Shown here: positions 36,536 through 48,853 of the stretch, piece by piece
Layout: each line of letters starts with the position of its first letter
How positions within the stretch are numbered: the first letter of the stretch is position 1
NCBI GenBank assembly: GCA_013115125.1
Contig: JABANN010000092.1
Location: 1 to 64,000, forward strand
Direction: 5' to 3'
Origin: Perkinsus olseni
Lineage: Eukaryota
Length of the DNA: 64,000 bases
Notes under the pieces: generated by a model
What the model was told of the DNA's origin: nothing
The model's database searches: none
Seen by the model: only the letters and a program-made list of their open reading frames with translations
Program-made: the position numbers and the translations under genes

Positions 36536-37986
36536 GGTGAATTCACTTTCAAACACAACTTAGCATTATTATGCAGCTTTGTCAAAAGAGGTAGCAGCGA
36601 CAATCTTGCCCGACGCAGCCACGTTTATGTAGAGAGGAATCCTCGTGAGGCTCACAACGACGGATTCACATGCGGCTCACTTGTATTAGTCGTTGGTCTA
36701 ATATCCAAATCGTCGCAGCAAACCCACCCGAACGGCGAACTTCGAAGCGTAAGGTGGCATGAATGACTCCTAGCCTAGAAACAAAATTGAGACAAAGTTG
36801 ATGCCGCCAGGGGCTAACAGAGTCCATGGCTTTAAACCTCAACCCGACAAAGAGCCCCCTCACGAAAGACGGCCGCCAGACTCCACACTCGGCCGTCCAA
36901 CCCCTCTACGCAAATGTGAGAAGAATGCATTCTCACTCTTCGCTGTGAAGTTCTTCTTCTCTTCTACTGGTCCACAAGTGACAAACCTCGCAGAATTGTC
37001 ACCGTGACAAGGTGAATCAAGGTGGTTCGAGGTGAGATTAAGGATGAGTTGGCGTCACGTACATTCTGACTTCAATATTCGACGCCGAGCTGAATTCTTA
37101 GGAGACCCTTGGAGCTCCTTAAAAACGCCGAGAAATCTCCCTCAGCAAAAGGTGACACGTGCGAGGATCGACCCTCGACGGGATGTATGCGGAGGATTAC
37201 CAACCGGCTGCTCGTCCACCGCACCACAGATGCGAAGATAAGGTCGGTCGGAAACTCGCAACGACTAAACGAGCCTCATTGTCTGCAAGTAAATTACTCA
37301 TGCGGGATGGGATTCGAACTCGGGCTCTGATTCTCCCGAAAGTTGTCGCCTAATGTCAGTTGTCCCAAACCAACCTCCCTTGGTGTGGGACACTCTTGCT
37401 CGTAGGGGCCCCTCGGCGGAATCGGTCTATCCAGAATAAGTTTCGAATTTTTCCCTCGCCTAGCGCATTCTCAACTCGTTTTTCTCGACGCGGTTTTGAT
37501 TTTTCGCAGGCTGTAATATAATCGGGCTCCGGTTACTCGAAGTTTCCGAGTTCCTGCTGGCTCTGCCGAAAAAAAGACCGCCGTCCTCAGCAGGGGCGCA
37601 TTTGCGTTCTTTTGAATTGTTTCATTCCCTAAGGCGTTCTCTGAATTCTCATACAGGCTCAGTTCTGGTGCGTGGGGTGAATTTAGGAAGAGGTATACTC
37701 AGCAGCCGCATACCATGGAGAGAGGAGAAAGTTCTCCTGACGGCAGATGGCTTATGAAACGGCGGCCAATCGCGATGGGAGTGCCTCTAAGGCGTGGTCG
37801 ATAGCCCAGTAAGCGCGTGGAGTCCTGCCCCTTATTACTGCCGCCTTCTCTATACCGGTCATTTCCTTTGTCATGGATCTCGCAGTGTTCGTAGTAGATA
37901 ACACTACCAGGGGTTGGCAGGCGGCGTTTCGATACGTAGATGTAATCGGGCTCATTTTAGTTAACGTATTTGCTCTCATACCGTTC

Positions 37987-40900
37987 ATGACGGAGCCTTC
38001 AGTCGTCTATGCTGATGACTGTGAGCTGCCGGCATTCCGCCACGGCCCCGGTCGCGTTAATGTGAGGACTTGGGCCTCAGCTCCTGGTCACCGTCAGGTC
38101 TTCGGAGCCTACTCAGCGGACCGAGGAGGCTTCTTCTCCGTCAGCGCTTCCGAGCTGGCGACGGCCCTGCAACCCAGCCCCTCCGACGACGACGATCTGG
38201 ACCTAGGCTCCCGAGTTACCGTCGGGTCCGCGGTAATGGAAGGCTCGCATGTAGTGGGGTTGGCGGTCGACAACGGACAAACACGACTGGCTGCTGCAGC
38301 GGACGATGGTACTGTTTCGATTTTCGATCTTCCCATCGGGTCGGGTGCCAAACCGGAGACGATAGACTTGGGGATAGGCTCCAAATTCTGCAGTATGAAC
38401 TGGTGTGATGATGACTCTTTGCTGGTGGCGGCTTTTGATACGGCACTGTGCTGTAGGGTCGCTCAGGGAAGGGCGTCTGTGGTGGGCAGGGCCACTGATC
38501 TCGTCTCGGCTACTGCCGCTTGCGCTGTCGACGACACTACCGTTGCCATAGCCGATACTCTAGGGGAGCCCGAGAGAGTGCGTCTCTGGAATACTGAGAC
38601 CGACTCAGTGACGTCTTCTGAGATTGAGGGATTGTGTGACGTTTTCAGTGGTGACGAGATGCTGTCGGATTCGCCCCCATGGGTTGTCCATAACGTCTGT
38701 AGTCTCCGTGGCAAGGAGTTTGCTGCAGTGATAGGCCCCGCTGCAGGAGCTCAAGGCATAAGTTATAGCGCCGTTGCTATTGTGGAGATGCAGGAAGACC
38801 GTCGCCTATTGACGAAGGCGGTTATCATGGACCCTTACTTTGTCGAGTCTGAATGTCTGCCGGAGCGGCCAGCTGGATGGACTTATTTCTTACCGTCCAG
38901 AGGCCTACTCTTCTGCGGCCATGCCTGCTCTGGCCAAGTAGCTGTTATTGAGGAGCCCCATGATGATGTCGATGAGTGGACCTGCTGGGTGAGTCCGGAA
39001 GGGCGGCAGCTGGGGTGTGCCGTGCAAGGAGAATCCAATCTGTGCCTTGGAGGACCCCCGGTGGTAGCGGAGCTAGAGAAGCCAGTATCGCTGCCGGTGA
39101 CTGAAGGATCTACGGACCGCGTCGAAGTGTATCGGATGGTCTTACTATCGCATTCGGACGGGAAGACGAGTAGCGTACACTACATGGAGGACCGACCAGA
39201 GGTTGGCGTACCGCAACTCGACGAGATTAAGAAGCCACCATTCCACCTGAAATTTGGCGAAGCCGACCCTGCGGTAAGGCCGGAGCCGAGCTCCTCTGAG
39301 CCCACGGGAGATTCTCAGGCCGGGACGACAGTGCAGGCTCCAAGCCCTTCCAAGGAGGGCAGCTCGGGTTTCGGTGTATTCGGTAGTGGGAAGACCACAA
39401 GCGGAGGCTTCGGTGCTTTCTCGTCACCGTCGTCTTCTGGGGCCGCGTTCGGTGTCTTCGGAGGAGACTCGAAGAAGTCCTCGGGCGGGGGCTTCGGTGC
39501 TTTCTCGTCACCGTCGTCTTCTGGGACCGCGTTCGGTGTCTTCGGAGGAGGTTCTGTGGTATCCTCGAGCGGCGGCTTCGGTGCGTTCGGTACTTCTGCG
39601 TCCTTTGGTGCGTTTGGTAGCGGCCATGGTGGGTCGGGCTCGTCCGCAGGGTTTGGTGCGTTAAGCACTCCGGTGAAAAGTGGGGGTCCCTTCGGCGGGA
39701 ATGGTAGTGGCAGTAAGGCAACCAATAGTATCTTTAAGGACCTGGCGGAGGCTCCAAAGATTAGTATATCCGATAGCAGTAGTGAGGAGGGGGAGGAGAA
39801 GGCTAAGCCAGCGCAGCGGAAACTGAGCAGCGAAGGGAAGCAGAGGAAGGGCAGTGGCGGTCTCAAGTTGGGGCTGTCTCCGAAGAAGTCCGAGAAGACT
39901 ATTTCGACCAAGCAGAAGGCCGCTGAGAGTGACGATGGTAATGGGGATCATACTTGGGATGGGGGCGGACTTGCTTTCATTGCTATTTCAGATGACTCGA
40001 CTCCGGCAGCGGGCGACAACTTCGCTTCCGAGTTGGCAGATGCTTTGGCTGACGTTAGTCTCGAGAAGGATGAGGATGCTGAGCATGGTAGTAGGGTATC
40101 TGGCCAGGGTCCTCCCGATGGTCTCACAGTATCATTGGGGCTGCCGAATTTATGCCTAGCTTTAACTATGTGAGTCCCTCGGGATCTGCTCCTTATGTAC
40201 TTGCCGGATTCAAGGCGTTGCTGGTCTGGCAGCACAACAATGCACCAACTTGGATTCTCGCTTTCGAACCGACGATAGTCTCAGTTCACCGAGGCTCGAA
40301 ACCTAATTCGCCAAATACAATGACCAAAGCGAGCCGTGCTCCGCCCGGCTAGCCGCACATCCGATGCTTCAAGCTAAAACGAGTTGGTTTACCACAACAG
40401 TTGGTTAGACTAAATTTTCGACCTCACTAAGAAAGTGTGAAGTCTTCCTCTGACTGGGTTGTGTGTTGCAGGTCGAGAGGAGGAAGAAGTCCCTGCTAAG
40501 GAGAAGAAGAATCAATCCGCCCTCCACAGCAAGAACCCGTTCACCAGTATGCCATCCTCGAGTGGCTTCGGGACGTTCGGCGGTGCGGGCCAGAGTGCCT
40601 CCAGCGGCTTCTTCTCGTCGGGCTTCGGCAGCTCCTCCTCTACCGGAGTGGCCAGTGGTTTCGGCGCGTTCAGCAGCGCTGTGGCCCCTACGACTGGACC
40701 CTTCAGCCAGGTGGCCTCATCATCCAGTGCGAATAATGTCTTGGTAGGCTCTGCGCAGTCCCCGAGCCCCTTCAAGCTCGTCGGTCAAACTGCCTCTTCT
40801 GGCAACCCATTCGGAGGGTTCGGTGCATCTATGAACAGTTCGGCTAGTGGCTTTGGAGCCTTCGGTGGTGCCGCCAAGTCTACGGGGCCGTTTGCGAAGG

Positions 40901-43900
40901 CCAGTGTCTTCGAGACTCCCACGAAGGATGAGGAAGGAGCGGCGAAGGCTGAGGTGAGGAAAACTGCATCAATTGAAGGCGAAGGGCTGACACCTAGTGG
41001 GAGAGAGGAGGACGATGGGGTTGAAGGAGAGGAGGTCGATGAGGTTGAAGGAGAGGAGGTCAGTGAGGTTGAAGGAGAGGAGGTCAGTGAGGTTGAAGGA
41101 GAGGAGGTCAGTGAGGCTGGAGGAGAGGAGGTCGATGAGGTTGAAGGAGAGGAGGTCGATGAGGTTGAAGGAGAGGAGGCTTTTGACGATGAAGAGGAGA
41201 AGCATGTGACGAAGCTTGCTGAGGATGAGGAGAACTGCAAGAACGGCGAGAAGGGTAATCGTGAGCCATGGCCGTCATGGCCTCCGGTCTCGTCAATGGC
41301 CTTCTCATCCCCGGCTCAGATGCCTCTACTCCGACGCACGACCGCCTCCCCTCAGTGGGTGTGGATGGCTCAGTTGAAACGGGTCGTAGTAGCCGTGGTA
41401 GTAGGGGGGTGCACGACTAGCCTCGGGTGATGAGATTGGGAATAGAGGGTATCTCGATGTTACCTAAGGGTCTCACTCTCTTGACGTTTACACGCATGTG
41501 ACTTAACGCTAAGGTCATGAATGCTCTTCGAAGCGCGGCCGCGTGACAGCCTGAGCTGGCCGAGTTCTCGCCGTGGGCTTTCTGGCGCCTGATAGTCGCG
41601 ACTTGGAATTACGTCCCCTTGGAGTACTGTAGTCCCGTAGCTTGTCTGTGGTAATGATGTGCGCGTATCGACTCTCGAAGGGATGCCTGAATGAGGTCGT
41701 TAGAACCCCGGGGATTATACTGTTCATCGGTCGACCCGAGGGACGCATACACGTTAGGACAGAGAAACGGGGGTTTTTCGGACTCAAAGGTTATTTCCGA
41801 GCAATTACCATTCTCACGTTAGTACTGGAGAGATCTCACCCTGTTCGGGGGTGGCCTATCGTGATGCCTTCTTTCACCTCAGGCGCGACAGAACGAGGAC
41901 GGGATGTTGCTGAGAAGAGGATGGAGACGCCAGCGAGATCGAGTGTGATCCGGACCAATAGGAGTCCAGAGTCTGGCGGGAGTATCTTCGATGCCATTCC
42001 CAAGGCGGCTCCCTTGGTAATTAGCGATAGTAGCAGCAGTGGTAGTAGTGAAGAGGAGGAGTCGAGTGACTCTGATGAGGACAGCGGGAAGAGAGTGTCC
42101 AAGGCACGTGGGGCGGTGAGGGCTAAGCTGGCTGCTAGGAAGGCAGCTCCTGCCTTGAGGGGAGAGGCTGAAGAAGAGGCCACTCCCGTAGAAGAGGGCA
42201 AGAAGGCGGGCGCTCTGGAGGGCCGCAAGAAGACCGCAGTAGTTGAAGAGGAGGAAGGGGAGACTAGCGAAGTGGGTGACCATGAGGGAGACGAAGAGGC
42301 TGGAGCCGATGAGGGTGACGATGAAGGAAAGGAGAAGGGAGGTATTTTGTTGTGTCTATCCTCTCGTTGAGCCTCACTCCCGCATCACTCAGGTGGTCTA
42401 TTCGCCGCTGCCCCCGCGTCCTCTAGCAGCGGTGGCTTTGGGGCTTTCGGTGGCGCCGGAGCGGCGCAGTCGTCCTCTTCGGCCAGTCCGTTTGGAGCCC
42501 CACCGGCTGCTACTTCGGCCTTCGGGAGTAAGCCGGCAGCACCGAGTAATATCCCCGCCTCTGCAGCAGCCCTCCGCCATACCCTCCATCCTCAGGTCCT
42601 TTCGGGGCCCAGTCTAGCAGTGCAGGTTTCGGCTCATTCGGTGCATCCCAGAGCAGCAGCAGTTCTCCCTTCGGTGGTGCCCCCGCCTCCTCATCTGCTG
42701 AGGGTTCCGGCGCCTTCGGGGCGAAGGCCGCTAGTCCAAGTAGTCCCCTCGTGCAGAACCTCTTCTGATCAAACGGTTGATTACTCAGGCCCATTCGGAT
42801 CGGCACCTCCTGCTGGCGGTGGCGGTTTCGGAGCATTCGGGAGTGGAGGCGCTGCGCCTTCCTCCGGCGGCGGCTTCGGTGCCTTTGGTGCGACCTCGTT
42901 GTCGTCAGCTCCTCAGGCAGGCTCTAGCTTCGGTGCTTTCGGTGGCGGAGCACAGAAACCAGGACCCTTCGGTAACCTCTCCTGAGCATCTCCATTTGGA
43001 CAACTCTTCCCCTACAGGTTCGACACCCTCCACAGGCGGCGGCCTGGGAGCGTTCGGCTCAACATCACAATCCAGCAGCAGCGGGTTTGGCGCCTTTGGT
43101 GGTGGCAGCACGCAGTCTGCGTCTGGCTTCGGTGCATTCGGAGGTGGGATCTTAATGGTTGGTTCCAGAACATCACCTTCCCCTCTTTCACCGCTCGCAG
43201 GCACCTCAACCGCGGCCTCGGGAAGTGGCGGTTTCGGTGCATTCGGCAGCTCGTCGAATACTCAGACCGGCAGTGGTTTCGGTGCCTTCGGTGGCGGGCA
43301 GACCTCTACCGGCTTCGGAGCCTTCGGAGGTGGTAGCAGCTCACACTCTCAGAAGGATGACGATGAAGAGGAGAAAGCAGCACCGGCCAAAGAGGAGTCT
43401 GTGCAAAGGGAGAAGGATGCTGACGGGAAAGGTCAAGAGACTAAGAAAGAGGGCGATCGCAGGGAAGATGGAAAGGCTTCTCCCGCTCACAGTGGAGCGG
43501 ATAAGAAGGAAGGAAAAGAAGAAAGTAGTCTTCCATGCCTTCGGGGACGCTAGATGTTATCAAACATCCAAAGCGGATTCGTGCTTTGACATACTCCCGA
43601 TTAGCTTGGAGTCCCGGTACCCCTTTGCCTGCTTATCAGAGTCCCCATCACCAGTCGCCTCTAGTAATGCTCCCAGCCTTGGTGATGCCCGCCTGGTTTC
43701 TAGAGCGTCTGAGGTAGGAAGGGGCAGCTGACTGCTGGTCGGGGAGGATAATCTCACGCTAGGTGACCCCTCCAGCTGAGCCCGAACGGCCCTCGGTTGA
43801 AGAATCTCAGAAGAAGACTAAAGCGCTACTTGAGGAGATTGCCAAGGATGCGGACGATGGGGATGACTCTAGAGAAGCTCGAGCCCTGTTTTCCGAGGTT

Positions 43901-46900
43901 GAGAAGGACCTGGAACAGTTGGAGGCCTTCATGACAGAGGCTAGGAGGTCGCCGTGCAAGGCAGCGCCGCAAGTGGACATCAGTAATGAGGTGTGGACGC
44001 AGCTGAGGAAGAGTGTGGAGAGTCTCACTGAGGTGGCCAACGAGGAGACCATGAAGCAGCTGGATGAGGTGGGTTAAGGAGGCGGCCTCTTTGGGTGCCG
44101 ATCAGTGGGTGCCTGCCAGATCCAGCGGAAGAATTACGCGTTGAATGCGCAGCTTAATGAGGAGATGCTGGCGGAGGACAAGGAGCCCAGCGAGGTCGTT
44201 GTGGAGTTGAGACAACGCTGCAAGGACATCAGCGCCCGCATCGACGAGGCTTATGGGGAGTGCAAGAAGGTAGTCGGGTGGAACAAAGCATCTTCTGTGC
44301 TGTTGACCAGCTGCTTGGGCAGGCTTTGTTCATGCGACGTGGACGGAGGCAGTCTGGAGGGAGCAGAGCCCCTCCCTCTCCCGAGGTCCCTCCAGCTCCA
44401 CGCGTACCGATACGCCCCCGGCCATCAGTCATAGTGGATGGGCCGACGATGCCTGCTTCGCTACTAGCTCCTCCCGCACGTCGGCGGCAGGAGCAGCGGA
44501 AGAGCGGTGGTGGATCGGCTCTTGGGAGACTGGCTCAGTCCTCCCCTCAGTCCTCGACGGTCAACAGATCGAGGCCCACCCCGCCGGCGATACGTATTCA
44601 GCCAGAGGAGAACGTAGACTCCCTTAGAGCCACGGTTCGTCGTATGAGAAACCCTCTGAGGCGCCGCACCTCTACCGCAGCAGCCAGCAACGCCAGTAGC
44701 CCTCCGACGACTGTGGGCGCCCTATTGAGCAGCAAATCCACCGAGGGGAAGGTGGTGGCCCCAGCTCTGGCGTTGAGCGATGAGAAGGAGAACGATGGAG
44801 CCGCGCCCAATATTTGGAGCATCATGCGGACCAAGGCTAACGTGTCGGTGGAAATACAAAGTCTCTGGGAGAAGGTAGGGATCGATCAATCCTGTCCAAC
44901 TGTATTGATGGAGTGGTAGGTGTCGGAGATGGAGCGGAGACTGAGGGAAGTGAGGCTCGAGAGAGGAGCAGCCAAGCACCTTCGACAACGCCCAGCGATT
45001 GCTGCCCCAATGGCCGCTCTCGTAGACGACCAGCCGGCCCCGGCCGAGGACGATAAAGTTGCTGTGAGCCGGCCACCCTCGGTATCGTGTCTTCACCGTC
45101 TGCCCTTCAGAATGTCCGCAGTGAGCTACGACACCAACTTGACAGCTCCCGCACTGGCTCCATCGGCCGAGCGCCGAGTAGCGGGTCCTGGTCTGAGGCC
45201 TCGGACTTTGCAGCTGGCGGGAGCAGCGTAGCAGGCACCTACTCAACACCTTCCGTCACTAACGTGCCTGCGGCGGCCGGTGGTCTTATGTTCGTGAACC
45301 CCTTGGGGGGGTCTGGGACTCCAACGTTCGGCGGGGGCAGAGCCTCCCCCGCTGCCTCGAACAGTCGGTCTCCGTCGAGGGCCTCTAAGGAGTCGGTCAA
45401 ATCGATCAATGCAGCCCGAGAGGCGGCAATCCCAAAGGCTGTAAGCTATTGGCAACGACACTCACTGCGCTGGCTCAATTTTGTGGTGCGCGACAAATTC
45501 GTGTGTACGGTGATGCTCTCAGGTCGTACCGCCCGCACCGAAGTTGGAGACGATACCATCAGTACCACCTCCTCCGAAGCTCAATGCTAGCCCTCCGAGG
45601 AGTAGGGGGAAATTTGGTAGGGCCCAGCGTATTTAAAAATGTATTTCTTCAGCCACGAAGCATCGTACGTTGAGTAGCAGCATGAGCTTTGGCCCTCCGA
45701 AGGAGAGTGAGAAGAAGACGCCAGACGTAGGCACGGCGGCAGCTGTATGGTCCTCTACAGAGTGTGTCGCCGGCAGACCCCTCCCTCTCAATCTCGCAAG
45801 GCGGCAACTGAGGACACCAAGTTGCAGTTCGGCAGCTCAGCAGCCGCTGCTCCTCCGAGCACACCGGTGAAAACGACGGGTGGGTGTTTCGAACTCGGGT
45901 GGGCTTCACTTGATGCCTTCAGACACTAAGCAGCCGGAAGCCGCAACTACTCCGGCCTCGGAGACCGTCTCTCCCGCCATTGCTGCGACCCCAACTGCTC
46001 CTGCCTCCGGGGACGTAGGAGAGTCATTGCCCCGAAGCGTGCTCGCTCATCGTACGCTGTCAGGTTGCGAGTACGAGCCAGACGTCTCAGCCGAGTACCC
46101 CACCACCTGTCGCTCCTAAACCAGCGGGTAAGCTCGATGATAGTTAGTTCCGTCATACATCTACTCTTTAGGTGGGCTCTTCGGCGCCCCTGTGGGTTCC
46201 AGTTCTACTAGCGGGGCCTTTGGGGCCTTCGGAAGCTCTCAGAAGGGACAGTCGAGTTCATCCAGCAGCATGTTTGGGTCAGCACCTTCTGCCTCCAAGC
46301 CTGCTCCAGGTAAGGGACGAAGCATGGGAGACCATCAGTTTTCCCTCCCGTCCGCAGGTGGCCTCTTCGGCAGCGCTCCCTCCAGTGCTAGTGGTGGGCT
46401 CTTCGGCGGCAGCGGTACCGTTCAGTCTAGCAGCTCCGGTGCTAGTCCATTCAACTCCTCTTCGAGCAGTTCCTCCAGCACGACGCCCAAGCCTGGTACG
46501 ATGCGTTCCCCTTTTCGGTTAGCCACATGCTGTTCTCGTCTCCCAGGTGGTCTATTCGGCGCTGCCCCCGCGTGCTCGTCTAGCAGCGGTGGCTTTGGGG
46601 CTTTCGGTGGCGGCGGAGCGGCGCAGTCGTCCTCTTCGGCCAGTCCGTTTGGAGCCCCACCGGCTGCTACTTCGGCCTTCGGGAGCAAACCGGCAGCACC
46701 GAGTAATATTCTCACCTCTGCAGCAGCCCTCCTCCGCACCCTCCATCCTCAGGTCCTTTCGGGGCCCAGTCTAGCAGTGCAGGTTTCGGCTCATTCGGTG
46801 CATCCCAGAGCNNNNNNNNNNNNNNNNNNNNNNNNNNNNNNNNNNNNNNNNNNNNNNNNNNNNNNNNNNNNNNNNNNNNNNNNNNNNNNNNNNNNNNNNN

Positions 46901-47210
46901 NNNNNNNNNCAGCAGCGGGTTTGGCGCCTTTGGTGGTGGCAGCACGCAGTCTGCGTCTGGCTTCGGTGCATTCGGAGGTGGGACCGGGTCACTGGTCGGC
47001 TCCAGGATATCACACTCCTCCTCTCTTGTAGGCACTTCAACCGCGGCATCCGGAAGCGGCGGTTTCGGTGCATTCGGCGGCTCGTCGAATACTCAGACCG
47101 GCAGTGGTTTCGGTGCCTTCGGTGGCGGGCAGACTTCGGCCGGCTTCGGAGCCTTTGGAGGTGGTGGTGGTGGCTCACAGCCTCAGAACGCCTTCAGCGG
47201 GTGGCGGTGA
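37987..47210 (+). CDS. NUP214: Nup214/Nup159-like FG nucleoporin (beta-propeller, GFGAFG repeats, coiled coil; multi-exon)
   Basis: About 420-aa beta-rich N-terminal domain, many GFGAFG/GLFG/SPFG repeats and a coiled-coil segment at about 43790-44270. C-terminus QNAFSGWR* resembles the FGGWRS end of vertebrate Nup214. Confidence 0.75.
39406..39550 (+). repeat. 84-bp-period coding duplication in the FG region
   Basis: ggcttcggtgctttctcgtcaccgtcgtcttctggg[g/a]ccgcgttcggtgtcttcggaggag at 39406 and 39490. Confidence 0.9.
41014..41181 (+). repeat. 24-bp coding minisatellite x7 ([D/S]EVEGEEV)
   Basis: Consensus gatgaggttgaaggagaggaggtc; units start at 41014, 41038, 41062, 41086, 41110, 41134 and 41158. 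Confidence 0.95.
42390..43335 (+). repeat. Intragenic segmental duplication, copy 1 (FG exons plus introns)
   Basis: 42390-42654 is near-identical to 46544-46811, and 43076-43335 to 46910-47166. Confidence 0.9.
46544..47166 (+). repeat. Intragenic segmental duplication, copy 2 (interrupted by an assembly gap)
   Basis: Matches 42390-43335, including the intron gtaatat...catcctcag. Confidence 0.9.
46812..46909. other. Assembly gap (run of N)
   Basis: 98 consecutive N characters. Confidence 1.
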
Positions 47211-47338
47211 TGGAGCATCTCCCCAGGCCTCGAGTACCGTAACGTTTCTATGTGACCTTTTACTTGCACCTCCACGCTGTTGTGTTGTTGTTGTTACTCA
47301 ACGTATTACATAGAAAGATGAAGGCTTGAGAGACCATA

Positions 47339-48742
47339 ATGCCGAGTTCATCCTCCTCTCCCTCCACTACCACAGGGCACCGAGATTCAGATCTCTCGCC
47401 CTCCACCAGCATCAGCGACGAGGCCTCGGCCCCCCTCATTGAGATCAACATCGTCGTTATAAACCTACTGCATCGTGTGCTTCGTCGAAGGAAGATGATA
47501 AACACTTTGGGCTTGTTGCATGATGCTGGCTTGAAGCAGGGCTTCCGAGTTCGCTCACATATAGTGGAAGCCGTTGATGGGTACCCAACTGGCTGGTCTC
47601 ACAGTGTATCCCAGTTGGTGCCCCCGTGCCTTTAGGGTCTCACAGTCGCTGGTAGAATTAAATGCACGTTATGGCGTCCGGCCGTACGCCGAGTGGAAGA
47701 TCCCTCTGACTTCAGCACAGTACAATAAGGTCCCTCCCTCCTGGAAAGAGTCTCTGGTGAGCTTGTCCACAACATTCCTGATAAGACGCTCGTTCAGACA
47801 TCGGGAGGCATAGCGTCAACACTATCACATTTGGATGTAGCTGTGCTGGTCCATGCGAGAGGCTGGCCCACTCCCACCATAGTCGCCGAGGACGACTTCG
47901 AGCTTGTCTGCAGCCCGGCCGAGTTTTGGGCGCATATAAACCTTATCTTGCATGACGCTGATACTGAGTCAGCACGTCGTTGTTTGTACGCCTTCAAGCT
48001 TCCATTTTCAGGTCGCAACAGAGCGGTGTCCCCTGGGATATGATCATGCTCGGTTCTGGACGCCATCGAGAGGACGTCTGCCCTCCTCGGCCCATCCCCT
48101 GCTCGGACGGTCGCCTCGATGTTGCTGGCTTCAGCTATCTTACCACTATGTGAGTCCTTTCTCATCGGCTCATCGCCATTGGCCCGCAGGTATCTACTGT
48201 CCCCTTGCGGCGCCAGGAAGCTTTCTAATACTCGGCCCCGCATCTTGCATAATTGTGTAGTATTCGACGACCTGCATAATATCCTGGCTGGCCTGTGTGA
48301 AGCATCCCGACCTCATCTGCACCAGCTCTATGAGGACGTCCAACTGGTCTTGCTGGACTCCGTCCGTAAACTGGTCTGCCAAGACCGTAGCGACTGTGGA
48401 CACGACACGGAAGTGAACGCTGGACCTCGGAAAAGACGGAGCGATACTGACCTCTACACTGTCACTGCGAAGGGGCCGGAGCCTTTGCGGCTAGTCCGTA
48501 TCATGTTGAAGGGCACTGGCCACTGCGTGCGGTGGCGACGAAGAACGGAGGTCGTTGGCGAGGCCGAAGACGAGCTCTGGGGCAACACAGTCGAGTTCGC
48601 CAGAAGTGGCGCTCCTCCTACTAGAAGACGTGACGTACTGAGCATCGATATGTTTTTCTTCCGTCTACATTTAGAACGCTACAGAAGGCCACGTAATTCC
48701 GTGTGCGTTGGGGTTTGTCGCGTTGTCCAGTGGGCAAGCTGA
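47339..48742 (+). CDS. Glycosyltransferase family 25 protein (multi-exon)
   Basis: VVINLLHRVLRRRKM...IVEAVDG; GGIASTLSH; TIVAEDDF; YLLSPCGARKL; FDD. These follow the GT25 order INL..R..RR / AVDG / G..SH / EDD / Y.+S..GA.KL. The 3' end is approximate. Confidence 0.8.
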
Positions 48743-48853
48743 GATATTCCTCGCCTGATGTGCCAAGTCCCGGACACTGCACTGCAAGCACAACAATCGC
48801 CATACACGAAAGAGCATCATTTCATCATGCATAGCATAATTTCATGTACATAG

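Noticed and set aside
37299-37380. tRNA on the minus strand (gagttcgaatccc...gca)
   Set aside because: Only a B-box-like motif is present; the T stem, acceptor stem and D arm do not pair.
41700-41780. RNase MRP/P-like pairing (agaacccc / gggggtttt) in a long intron
   Set aside because: The spacing is too short and the conserved GAAAGUCCCC-type region is missing.
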